Assembly: GCA_041640595.1 (NCBI GenBank)
Contig: JBEPZY010000011.1
Coordinates: forward strand, 1-31,916
Length of the DNA: 31,916 nt
Reading direction: 5' to 3'
Source of the DNA: Gemmatales bacterium
GTDB lineage: Bacteria; Planctomycetota; Planctomycetia; Gemmatales; HRBIN36
This document shows positions 1-8,521 of the stretch, piece after piece. The notes beneath the pieces are model-generated. The model made no database searches. It was not told the DNA's origin and was given only the letters and a program-made list of their open reading frames with translations. How positions within the stretch are numbered: position 1 is the stretch's first letter; every line of letters begins with the position of its first letter. A program made the position numbers and the translations under genes.

Positions 1-452
1 ACATTGCAGCAGCAAAACCACGAACTGCAAGCACGCCTGCAACGCCTCGAAGAGCGAATGGCCACCAAGGACGAGTTGCAGCAAGTGCAGGCCACATTGC
101 AGCAGCAAATCCACGAACTGCAAGCACGCCTGCAACGTCTCGAAGAGCGAATGGCCACCAAGGACGAATTGCAGCAAGTGCAGGCCACATTACAGCAACA
201 AATCCACGAACTGCAAGCACGCCTGCAACGTCTTGAAGAGCGAATGGCCACCAAGGACGAGTTGCAGCAAGTGCAGGCCACATTGCAGCAGCAAATCCAC
301 GAACTGCAAGCACGCCTGCAACGCCTCGAAGAGCGAATGGCTACCAAGGACGAATTGCAGCAAGTGCAGGCCGCATTGCAGCAGCAAATCCACGAACTGC
401 AAGCACGCCTGCAACGCCTCGAAGAGCGAATGGCCACCAAGGACGAATTGCA
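1..452 (+). repeat. 93-bp in-frame tandem repeat (4 full units plus partial units at both ends)
   Basis: GCCACCAAGGACGA (GCTACC in one copy) starts at 61, 154, 247, 340 and 433, an exact 93-bp period. The units are nearly identical. Confidence 0.97.
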
Positions 453-696
453 AGGCTTGCAAACCCAATTGCGCCAACTCGAACAACGGGCCGCCACCAA
501 AGAGGAGTTGCGATCAGTGGAATCCTCCCTGCGGCAAGAAATTCAGGCCGTCCAAAAGTCGGTGCAGGAACTGGAAGTGAAGATGGAATCATGGAAGTTT
601 GACCTGGTCAAGTGGATGTTTGGTTTCTGGTTGGCCGGTCTGGGTGGGGTGAGCGGCGTGTTCTACCTTCTCATGCGTTTTGTCGTTGCCCATTGA
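1..696 (+). CDS. 5'-truncated tandem-repeat coiled-coil protein with C-terminal membrane anchor (DUF1640/CCDC90-like)
   Basis: Frame is open from base 1. The 31-aa unit ATKDELQQVQATLQQQIHELQARLQRLEERM repeats, followed by a degenerate ATKEEL unit and the hydrophobic tail DLVKWMFGFWLAGLGGVSGVFYLLMRFVV. An ATKxxL motif plus a 'xxKW' TM anchor is typical of DUF1640 proteins. Confidence 0.8.
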   Translation, partial: TLQQQNHELQARLQRLEERMATKDELQQVQATLQQQIHELQARLQRLEERMATKDELQQVQATLQQQIHELQARLQRLEERMATKDELQQVQATLQQQIHELQARLQRLEERMATKDELQQVQAALQQQIHELQARLQRLEERMATKDELQGLQTQLRQLEQRAATKEELRSVESSLRQEIQAVQKSVQELEVKMESWKFDLVKWMFGFWLAGLGGVSGVFYLLMRFVVAH

Positions 697-870
697 GATT
701 TAGTTCGGCCGGGAAGGTTTCCTGAGGGCCAGGCGCTTTCAAGGTCAGCAATGAGGGAACCATGTGTCGTATTGTGGCTTATGGCCAGTTTGTAGAAAAG
801 CCAGGCACAAACGCTTGCCGGGATATTTACGAATCACCAACGCCGTTGTGACGAAGCCGGTAGAATATGC

Positions 871-2133
871 GTGTGCGAGAAGGCTCACGGGCATTACTAC
901 CATGAAAATCTTCAGGAGCCCCGGCTTATGTGCCGCCGCAGCAGCGTAACCCCCGACATAGCTGAACAAGTACGCACTTCGTGCTCCTCGCTGTTCGTTG
1001 GCCGGTGGCTAGCCTGCGTCACGATATTTCTCGTGCCCACGTTATCCCTCGTGCAATCAGCTAACCAGACCGGCGAAGCAGCAACCCTGCCTGCTCAGCG
1101 TGTGAGTTTGACCGGTACCATGCGGTTGCGGCAAGCGCTGGCGGCATTGAACGAGCAACTGCAAGGCAATCATCTTGCAGATTTGCGGCCCATGTTCGGC
1201 CAGCCTGCGGACGATCTGCAGCGGAATTTTGACCTGCGCGACGTTACTTTCTGGCAAGCCGCAGACCGAATTGCCCAACTCACCGGACTGCGACTCATCA
1301 TTTTGCCGCCGCAAAAAGAACGGGGTATGCTGGTGGGCCTGGTGACTCCGACCGATTCGCCCGGCCGTAATCCGATCCCTGTCGTGTATGATGGCCCGTT
1401 CCGCATCGCAATCCCGGAAATTCAGGCGATTCGTAACTTCGAGGAGTCCCATTTGTCCCGGCTGGAATTAGTTCTCGAATTCGCTTGCGAGCCACGCTAC
1501 ATTCCCATCTGGCTGCAATGGCCACGTGATGCTGTCCGTTATCGAGAAACCGGTGGCCAGGGAAAAATCGTTGAACAAGCCGGACACGGCACGATCCGCT
1601 GGCTCGGCGAAGGAGCGTTACGGTGGCGAATTCGTTTGCCCTTACCAGAACGCACCCAAACCCGCCTGCCGGGATTCACCGTTCACGGAACTGCCCTGGT
1701 CGCTCCTAAGCGTTTGACCGCGCAGATTAGCTCGTTCGCGCCAGCCAAACCGACACAAATCGAGGATGTACAAATTTCCGTCCAGGAGGCTGACTTTAGC
1801 AGCACACACAACCGGTGGCGTTTTCGATTGCGGCTCACTTATCCCAGATCCGATGGGCGGCGAGGATTCGACCTCGAAAGTTACCACACCTGGATCATGG
1901 AAAGCACGCAGGTGCGCTTGGTGCATTCCACCCGAAACACATCGCTCGCACCCATACGTCCGCCTGCGATAGCAGTGGAAAACGCGAGCACCTTTTCGCT
2001 GGAGGCAATCTTTCCGGCTCCGGCCAAAGTGGCGCCAGCCGACAGTCGGGATTGGACTCTCCAGGTGAGTTGCCTGGCCACGCCCGTGTATGTTCCGGTG
2101 CAGGCGGAATTTTCCGACCTGCCCTTACCGTGA
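871..2133 (+). CDS. Hypothetical exported protein (true start probably downstream of 871)
   Basis: 420-aa ORF with a signal-like segment (RWLACVTIFLVPTLSLVQSA) and beta-rich domains. The 'LRQALAAL...VTFWQAADRI' segment resembles planctomycete hypothetical proteins. Confidence 0.75.
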   Translation: MCEKAHGHYYHENLQEPRLMCRRSSVTPDIAEQVRTSCSSLFVGRWLACVTIFLVPTLSLVQSANQTGEAATLPAQRVSLTGTMRLRQALAALNEQLQGNHLADLRPMFGQPADDLQRNFDLRDVTFWQAADRIAQLTGLRLIILPPQKERGMLVGLVTPTDSPGRNPIPVVYDGPFRIAIPEIQAIRNFEESHLSRLELVLEFACEPRYIPIWLQWPRDAVRYRETGGQGKIVEQAGHGTIRWLGEGALRWRIRLPLPERTQTRLPGFTVHGTALVAPKRLTAQISSFAPAKPTQIEDVQISVQEADFSSTHNRWRFRLRLTYPRSDGRRGFDLESYHTWIMESTQVRLVHSTRNTSLAPIRPPAIAVENASTFSLEAIFPAPAKVAPADSRDWTLQVSCLATPVYVPVQAEFSDLPLP

Positions 2134-2427
2134 TCTTGAAACGTGGTCGCTCTCAACAGCATCGTGTGGTCATCCTCGAAAGCGTCAGGAAATTATCTCC
2201 CGGCCAATTTTGCGGATGCCAACACTTAGACCGTCAGCAAAACCAGGAAAATCCTGGGCCCGGAATTCGTCGCAGTGAAATTTTCCGAGTATGCTAATTA
2301 AGGAGCCAGTCTCCGCGCATCGATCTTAGAGGAAGCGAAAAAGGAATTAGCCCCTGGTAACCTCGATTTTGGTCCGTGGCAACACGCTTGCCGTCGGGTT
2401 AAATGGCTCTTATGCAGGACACGCGCC

Positions 2428-3531
2428 ATGCCCATGAATAGCAACCAAACAGGGCGACCGGAACTACCGCTCAAAGTGCTGGCGAGTTTATTTGTGGCCT
2501 GGCACTTTTTCGCCATTTTCTGCGCAGTTACGGCCACCAGTACCAGTATTGTGCATCCTGCTCCCCTGCCGGCTGTGCAACTGGCGCGCAGCAACTACTG
2601 GTACCGAGAAGCCCTGTTCTTCAATAACGCCTACCGATTTTATGTGCCGGATCCCGGGCCGGTGCAAACGATGTGGTTTCGCCTGGAATATGAAGGTCCC
2701 CGCGGACGCTCGATCGCTTACTGGTACGAAGTGCCCCGCCGGGATCAGTTTTCAACCCGCATGGCCTATCAGCGCCATCTCTCGGTAACCATGCTACTGC
2801 AAATGCAAGGTTTCGATCCAACTCGACCCGAACAACTCCATCCGCTCAGCGAGGTTATGCAGGCGTCTTACATTCGCCACGTCGCTCACCAGTTCCCCAG
2901 GCATCCCAACGCGAACGAGGCAAAAGAGCTCAAACAGATTGACGTCTATCACGTGGGGCGGACTGCTTATCCAACTGGTTATCAAATTCAGCGAGGCCTG
3001 TATTTGGACGATCCCCGCTGGTATCGCCCGGTCTTCTACGCGAGCTATAAACCCGACGGCAGCAAACTTGAGCTAAGTCCAGCCAAAAGGATTTTGCGCG
3101 AAACGTTACCGCAATTAGTGCAAGGGTTGCTCGCCCAGGGGCAAGACCAGCCAACATATAGCGATCTGTTCCCGGTAACGGCGGAATTTTTGTTATACGA
3201 CTATCATCCGCTGGTGTATGAAATGGGCTACGAAAGCAAGGCCGCACTCGAGTTAGTCAATCCCCCGGCACCCATGGCGCGGTTGCTGCGCGAAGTTCCG
3301 GAAGTGTTCGAAGTGTTCGATCGCCAGCCGGTTGTTAGCCCAAAAGTTTATGGCGACCTGATATATGAAATGCATCGCTATATGCAAGCTCGTCGGCCGG
3401 TGCGTCTATTAGAGGAAGATTTACCACCTCTTGGTTTCCGACCACCGCCTCAGAAACCAACTGGGCCTACTGGGGCCGATAGACCGCCGACTGTACCTTC
3501 CAATCCAGGCAGGCCGGCTATCGGAAACTAA
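2428..3531 (+). CDS. Membrane-anchored protein, SdpA/DUF5819-like partner of an HTTM protein
   Basis: N-terminal TM helix containing His (ASLFVAWHFFAIF), then YREALFFNNAYRFYVPDP, resembling the W/Y-x-F-[FY]-[AV]-P-[DN]-P motif of DUF5819/SdpA-like proteins. Lies 34 bp upstream of the HTTM gene. Confidence 0.6.
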   Translation: MPMNSNQTGRPELPLKVLASLFVAWHFFAIFCAVTATSTSIVHPAPLPAVQLARSNYWYREALFFNNAYRFYVPDPGPVQTMWFRLEYEGPRGRSIAYWYEVPRRDQFSTRMAYQRHLSVTMLLQMQGFDPTRPEQLHPLSEVMQASYIRHVAHQFPRHPNANEAKELKQIDVYHVGRTAYPTGYQIQRGLYLDDPRWYRPVFYASYKPDGSKLELSPAKRILRETLPQLVQGLLAQGQDQPTYSDLFPVTAEFLLYDYHPLVYEMGYESKAALELVNPPAPMARLLREVPEVFEVFDRQPVVSPKVYGDLIYEMHRYMQARRPVRLLEEDLPPLGFRPPPQKPTGPTGADRPPTVPSNPGRPAIGN

Positions 3532-3565
3532 TTCAATAATCCTCGAACATCACGGAGACTGACGC

Positions 3566-4723
3566 ATGTGGCGCCTCCTGGTTCATGCGGTTCGCGATTA
3601 TTGCCGCAACCTGTTCCAGACGCTCAAAAAAGGCTGGGACAAATTCTGGTTTACACCCACGGACCCGACCACAATCGCCGTCATTCGCATCCTCACCGGC
3701 GCGGCGATGGTTTACGTGCACCTAGTAACATTAGGGGTGGTACTTGATTTGATCGGCTCCCATGCCTGGGTGGACATGCAGGCTATTGACAACGTTCGCT
3801 CAGGTAAGTTCCTCGATGATACCGGCTTCCGAAAACGCGCCCTGGAGCAGAATAACCAGTTCTTACTTCAGGAGACCCGACCCCCGTTATACTTTTCCGT
3901 TTATTATTATTTGCCCCAGCAGGACTGGTTGATTCTCGCCGTCTATGGTTTCTTTCTACTAAGCATGCTCACCTTTACACTCGGTCTCTTTACACGAATA
4001 AGCAATTTCTTAGCCTGGCTGGGACATCTCAGTTATATTACTCGCGGTTATACTATTTGGTTTGGCATGGATTCGGTGTTGCTGATGCTGAGTTTTTACT
4101 TGCTCTTTACCGACAGCGGAGCCACGCTTTCTCTCGATCGGCTACGGAAAGAATGGGCGAAGTACCGCAACCAGAATGAAGACCGGACTTCCTGGCGCGA
4201 ACTGATTTTGGCACCGGCACCGCCCTCCTGGAGTGCCAATTTCGTGACACGACTTATTCAGGTCCACATGTGTATCATTTACGCCTGCGCTGGACTGGCG
4301 AAATTGCAGGGGGGTTCCTGGTGGGCGGGCACCGCTGTCTGGATTACTATGATGACCGATGAATTTACCCTGGTGGATTTTCAATGGCTGGCTCAGTTAG
4401 GTCGCCATACCTGGATATGGGTCTCAGCAATTGCTACCGCCTTCACACTGTTCTTTGAAATCGCCTTTCCCTTCCTGATCTGGACACGCTTCTGGAAACC
4501 TATCCTGCTAATATCTGCGGTTCTCTTGCACGGGGGGATTGCTGTGGTTATGGGACTGGGCGCTTTCGGTGTCGCTATGCTCACCGGTTGCCTTTCCTTT
4601 ATCAGCCCCGAAGGCATGCGGTGGTTCCTGAATATCTTACTGCGACGGGAGGACAAACCGAATGGCGATCGTATTAGTGGGTACGCTCGACACGAAGGGG
4701 AACGAGTATCGGTTCCTGCGTGA
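3566..4723 (+). CDS. HTTM-domain integral membrane protein (SdpB / vitamin K-dependent carboxylase-like superfamily)
   Basis: Multiple TM helices; motifs LGLFTR, SLDR, RLIQVHMCIIYACAGLAKLQGGSWWAG, FEIAFPFLIW and LHGGIAVVMGL are characteristic of HTTM proteins. Confidence 0.88.
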   Translation: MWRLLVHAVRDYCRNLFQTLKKGWDKFWFTPTDPTTIAVIRILTGAAMVYVHLVTLGVVLDLIGSHAWVDMQAIDNVRSGKFLDDTGFRKRALEQNNQFLLQETRPPLYFSVYYYLPQQDWLILAVYGFFLLSMLTFTLGLFTRISNFLAWLGHLSYITRGYTIWFGMDSVLLMLSFYLLFTDSGATLSLDRLRKEWAKYRNQNEDRTSWRELILAPAPPSWSANFVTRLIQVHMCIIYACAGLAKLQGGSWWAGTAVWITMMTDEFTLVDFQWLAQLGRHTWIWVSAIATAFTLFFEIAFPFLIWTRFWKPILLISAVLLHGGIAVVMGLGAFGVAMLTGCLSFISPEGMRWFLNILLRREDKPNGDRISGYARHEGERVSVPA

Positions 4724-5906
4724 TCTCCTGCACCAGGCTGGGGCGGAGACCTTAGTTATAGATGCTGGAGTCTTAGGCCCGCCGGCATTTCCTCCCGACA
4801 TTAGCCGCGAAACCGTATTTGAAGCGGCAGGCACGACTTATCAGGCAGTCGCTCAAGCCGGAGATCGCGGTCAGGCAGTCACTCTCGCAGCCAAAGGCGT
4901 AGCCCTGTTAGTCAACGACTTATACAAACAAGGCAAAGTAAGTGGCGTTCTTGGTTTGGGTGGTTCGGCCGGAACAACCATTGCTACCTCGGCTATGCGT
5001 GCATTGCCTGTCGGTATTCCTAAGTTGATGGTCAGCACACTGGCCAGCGGCCAGGTTAAGAATTATGTCGGTGTTCGTGATATATGCATGATGTACTCGG
5101 TCGTGGATATTAGTGGGCTTAATCGCATCAGCCGCCAGGTACTAAGCAATGCTGCTTTCGCCATGTTAGGTATGGTGCAGGGCAGGCAGCGTTATGCGGC
5201 TTCGATCGCCCAGGAAGAGAAACCACTCGTTACCGCTACCATGTTCGGTGTTACTACTCCTTGCGTGGAGCGTGCCCGACGAATTATCGAGGAGCATGGA
5301 TATGAAGTCCTAGTTTTCCATGCCACGGGAGTTGGCGGCCAGACAATGGAAAGCTTTATCGCAGACGGTATTGTCGCTGGGGTATTAGATATCACCACAA
5401 CGGAACTCGCTGATGAATTGGTCGGTGGCATACTAAGTGCCGGACCGGACAGGTTGACTGCGGCCGGGCTGTATGGCGTGCCGCAGGTGATCTCCGTGGG
5501 CGCTCTAGACATGGTCAACTTCGGTCCACCGGATACCGTACCCTCTAAGTTTCTCGGGCGCCGGTTCTACCAACACAACCCCAACGTCACCCTGATGCGT
5601 ACTACGCCGGAGGAGAATGAGAAACTTGGCAAGGAGATCGCATTCAAAGCGAGTGCAGCCAAAGGCCCCACGGCCATCGTGTTACCATTACGGGGAGTGT
5701 CTGCGATAGATGCCGAGGGTAAACCATTCTGGTGGCCGGAAGCCGACCGCGCTTTGTTTGAGAGCATCTGTCACTGGTTGGCACCTCACGTGGAACTCAT
5801 TGAACTAGATTTGCATATCAATGACCCAGCCTTTGCCGATGCCTGTGCTCGGAAGCTGCTGGAGCTTATGGCCCGGAAACCGGTCCCCGCTGCCGAAGCT
5901 AAATAG
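4662..5906 (+). CDS. UPF0261 / Tm-1-like ATP-binding domain protein
   Basis: Motifs GTLDTKG, GGSAGT, PKLMVST, TMFGVTTPCV, VFHATG, LDITTTE, DMVNFG and HNPNVTLMRT. SD GGGAGGA precedes the ATG. Confidence 0.92.
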   Translation: MAIVLVGTLDTKGNEYRFLRDLLHQAGAETLVIDAGVLGPPAFPPDISRETVFEAAGTTYQAVAQAGDRGQAVTLAAKGVALLVNDLYKQGKVSGVLGLGGSAGTTIATSAMRALPVGIPKLMVSTLASGQVKNYVGVRDICMMYSVVDISGLNRISRQVLSNAAFAMLGMVQGRQRYAASIAQEEKPLVTATMFGVTTPCVERARRIIEEHGYEVLVFHATGVGGQTMESFIADGIVAGVLDITTTELADELVGGILSAGPDRLTAAGLYGVPQVISVGALDMVNFGPPDTVPSKFLGRRFYQHNPNVTLMRTTPEENEKLGKEIAFKASAAKGPTAIVLPLRGVSAIDAEGKPFWWPEADRALFESICHWLAPHVELIELDLHINDPAFADACARKLLELMARKPVPAAEAK

Positions 5907-5919
5907 CTAAGTGCCCGCG

Positions 5920-7581
5920 CTAATTGGTGGCCTTTGTTTTGCTAACTAAACTAAGCTTTCGAAAAGCGTCAAGTAGCAACGGAGCAGTGTCCGGCCCCAG
6001 GCTGTTGATTTCACCATATTGCGGCTCCTTCCGGTTGTAGCAAAACGGCGGTTTTTCATCCCACTGACGTTTCGGGATAATATAGCCCAGTTCATCATTG
6101 GCCAGGCCTATGATCATCTTATAGGGGGCACTAAGTTGCCGATAGAGAATTGGTTCGATCGGTGCATCAGGAAAATCAGCGCCTGGATCGGGTGGGTCTT
6201 GAACGCCGCCGACGACAAGTTCGGAATAAATTTCCCCTGGCACCGCAGCGATTTGCAATTCACCGAGAGTCAACAAGCCGATCTCCGTTTCAATAGCGAG
6301 TCGGTTAGGCTGAGTTTCCGCCGGTGCAGGCAATCGCTTATAAGGATCACCAGTCCAGAGAAAGGTCTCCCGCTTCACTACTCCGATTTGCGCAGCGGCC
6401 TGGTAATAACGATTAGTGACCGGTAAATAGAGGACTTGTGTACGAATTTGCCAGGGGACTAAACGTACAGCTTTCGCTTGTTTCAAGGCAGCTTGCGCTT
6501 TTTCCGCAACGAGGATGCCGTAACGTTCCGTTTTGGCCCAGGTACCGTCCTCCAGTAATCGGCCATCGGCATCTCTCACCTCGACACCTAAAGAACTTAG
6601 TAAGCCGCCCACTGTACCGGTAAAGTAGGTTACCGGGCACTTATACTTTTGTTCTAGAGCCTTGACCGTGGCTCCTACAAAGTCAGCACTAATCAAGGTG
6701 TTCTTACTACCCAGAGTTTCTGGGTGGCAGTTCCATTGCACTAATAATCCGGCGTGCGCGCTATCCTTGTTGGCGGCACGAAAATCAAGTGCCACGAGTT
6801 CGTCATGTTTAACGATAGGCAGGCGGCTGTCGTGCAGAAGCTCCGGAGCACGAATCACTCCGATATAAGCAGTAACGGGCTGAGCGACCTTCTCGGCCTG
6901 CCGAACTGCTTCGACCACGCACCGCCGTACCAGAGCAATATAGGTCTCATCGACTCCGGTGGTAACGAGATTCGGCCCCCACAAACCGAGCGTATCCGGC
7001 CCCTCGTGATTATGGGTACTGCTAACCAGCACGTAGTCATAATCAGGCAAGGATTGCCGAATCGCCTTGACTTCGGGATAGAAGAAGCCTATCAAGTCCA
7101 GGGAAACCAGTGCGATTTTTTGCTGGCGATAACGCAGCACTACTGCGCGAGCATAAAGAGGATCATGTATGCCGGTGGCTTTGCGTCCGCGTCCAAATCC
7201 TGCCAGCCAAACCGTCTGCGTTTTGGGATCGGGTGTTATATCCTTAGCCGCCATTCCTACATAAAGCGCATCGGGAGGAACATCCTCCAGGCCATTAGCC
7301 AGGTTAGCTGGCTTATCGCCGAAGGTTAATCCGATAGCCGCCAGGATTAGAAACGAAATGCCAGACCAGAGTAACCTTCGCGTTAGTCCTCGATTGCAAG
7401 CGCTACGCGCATGGATTCTAAGTTTCAGATCGGCTCCATCCGCACTATCTAGATGCAAGGAGATTCGCCCAGCATTGTAATCGCACTTTACCCGAAGCAC
7501 AGATGGACTCCTGGTATCAATAAGCCCAACCGGCTGCGCCCGCCAGTTCCTGCGCGGATCGCAGCAATGCACTTTCGACAT
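5920..7581 (-). CDS. Exported neutral/alkaline ceramidase-N-terminal-like hydrolase (start uncertain)
   Basis: Motifs GMAAKDITP, LAGFG, HDPLYARAVVL, SSTHNHEGPD, CHPE, ISADF, VPGEIY and GLANDELGYI. A signal/TM segment begins near aa 68, so the real start is probably ~7400-7460. Confidence 0.75.
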   Translation of the reverse strand: MSKVHCCDPRRNWRAQPVGLIDTRSPSVLRVKCDYNAGRISLHLDSADGADLKLRIHARSACNRGLTRRLLWSGISFLILAAIGLTFGDKPANLANGLEDVPPDALYVGMAAKDITPDPKTQTVWLAGFGRGRKATGIHDPLYARAVVLRYRQQKIALVSLDLIGFFYPEVKAIRQSLPDYDYVLVSSTHNHEGPDTLGLWGPNLVTTGVDETYIALVRRCVVEAVRQAEKVAQPVTAYIGVIRAPELLHDSRLPIVKHDELVALDFRAANKDSAHAGLLVQWNCHPETLGSKNTLISADFVGATVKALEQKYKCPVTYFTGTVGGLLSSLGVEVRDADGRLLEDGTWAKTERYGILVAEKAQAALKQAKAVRLVPWQIRTQVLYLPVTNRYYQAAAQIGVVKRETFLWTGDPYKRLPAPAETQPNRLAIETEIGLLTLGELQIAAVPGEIYSELVVGGVQDPPDPGADFPDAPIEPILYRQLSAPYKMIIGLANDELGYIIPKRQWDEKPPFCYNRKEPQYGEINSLGPDTAPLLLDAFRKLSLVSKTKATN

Positions 7582-8392
7582 GAGATTCCCAATTATCAGC
7601 GTCTACAGGTGCGGCATAAAGTATCGAACGAGCTGCGTTGACGATCGCCCCTAAGCTGTTGGTCTGAAAAACCGCACGGATAGTTTCCAGCGAAGCACCC
7701 TGGGCACCATAGCCAGGAATCAGAAATAAAGTGGTAGGCATTCGTTGACGCAAGGTAATTAACGCTTCTGCTTCGGTGGCACCAACCACTGCTCCCACCG
7801 TTCCGAAACCGGACTTTCCGCGGGTCATGATCGCCCAGCGTTCAACTTGCTCGGCGACACATTCATATAGCCTCTTAGACCCGCAAATCAGGTCCTGATA
7901 ATCTTTCGCTCCGCGATTGCTCGTGCGCACTAATATAAACAGCCCCGGTCCCTGCCGGGCTATTTTCAGGAAAGGTTCGAGAGCGTCTTCGCCAAGGTAC
8001 GGATTAACGGTTATAGCATCGGCCTGATAGACATCATAAAGTGCTTGCGCATAAGCTTCGGCGGTGCTGGCGATGTCGGCACGCTTAGCATCCAGGATCA
8101 CCAGCATCCCCCGGCGTCGCGCACCCTGGATCACCTGGCGTAATGCTTGCCAGCCTTGCGGACCGCAAGCCTCGAAAAATGCACTCTGCACCTTGACCAC
8201 CGCGACCCGATTCTGAGCAATGTCCAGAATGCGGAAGCAAAACTCTTCATACGCGCGAGCCCGGCCAGTTTCCGTATTACCGTGGCGCCGGCGGATGCGC
8301 AATGGCAGCAGCTCCCAGCGAGGATCTAACCCCAAACAGAGCGGCGTGCGAACGCTTCGGACATTGGCCAGCAGGGTATCCGCAAAGTGCAT
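7517..8392 (-). CDS. pyrF: Orotidine-5'-phosphate decarboxylase (subfamily 2)
   Basis: Motifs LCLGLDP, KVQSAFFE, catalytic DAKRADIAST (DxKxxDI), TVNPYLG, RTSN, GAVVGAT and PGYGAQG. Confidence 0.95.
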   Translation of the reverse strand: MHFADTLLANVRSVRTPLCLGLDPRWELLPLRIRRRHGNTETGRARAYEEFCFRILDIAQNRVAVVKVQSAFFEACGPQGWQALRQVIQGARRRGMLVILDAKRADIASTAEAYAQALYDVYQADAITVNPYLGEDALEPFLKIARQGPGLFILVRTSNRGAKDYQDLICGSKRLYECVAEQVERWAIMTRGKSGFGTVGAVVGATEAEALITLRQRMPTTLFLIPGYGAQGASLETIRAVFQTNSLGAIVNAARSILYAAPVDADNWESHVESALLRSAQELAGAAGWAY

Positions 8393-8521
8393 ACTATGAA
8401 TCACCTGATCTGTATTTTAGGCGAATATAGGGTTTTGCAGAGCGAGTCGCTAAGTGTTTTCGGTCGCTATTTAGTTTAGTCATCGGCGGGAGCAGGAAAC
8501 AGGTTGGCAAAACGTTAGCAG

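Noticed and set aside
762..789. dif-like site (…CGTAT-TGTGGC-TTATGGCCAGT)
   Set aside because: Only the TTATG core matches the XerD arm; both arms deviate too much from known dif consensus.
7517..7581. 65-bp overlap between pyrF and the ceramidase-like ORF as a special feature
   Set aside because: Probably an over-extended ORF call; the signal-like segment suggests a later, non-ATG start.
7608..7640. GGTGCGGCATAAAGTAT resembling the XerC arm of dif
   Set aside because: It lies inside pyrF coding sequence and has no XerD arm.
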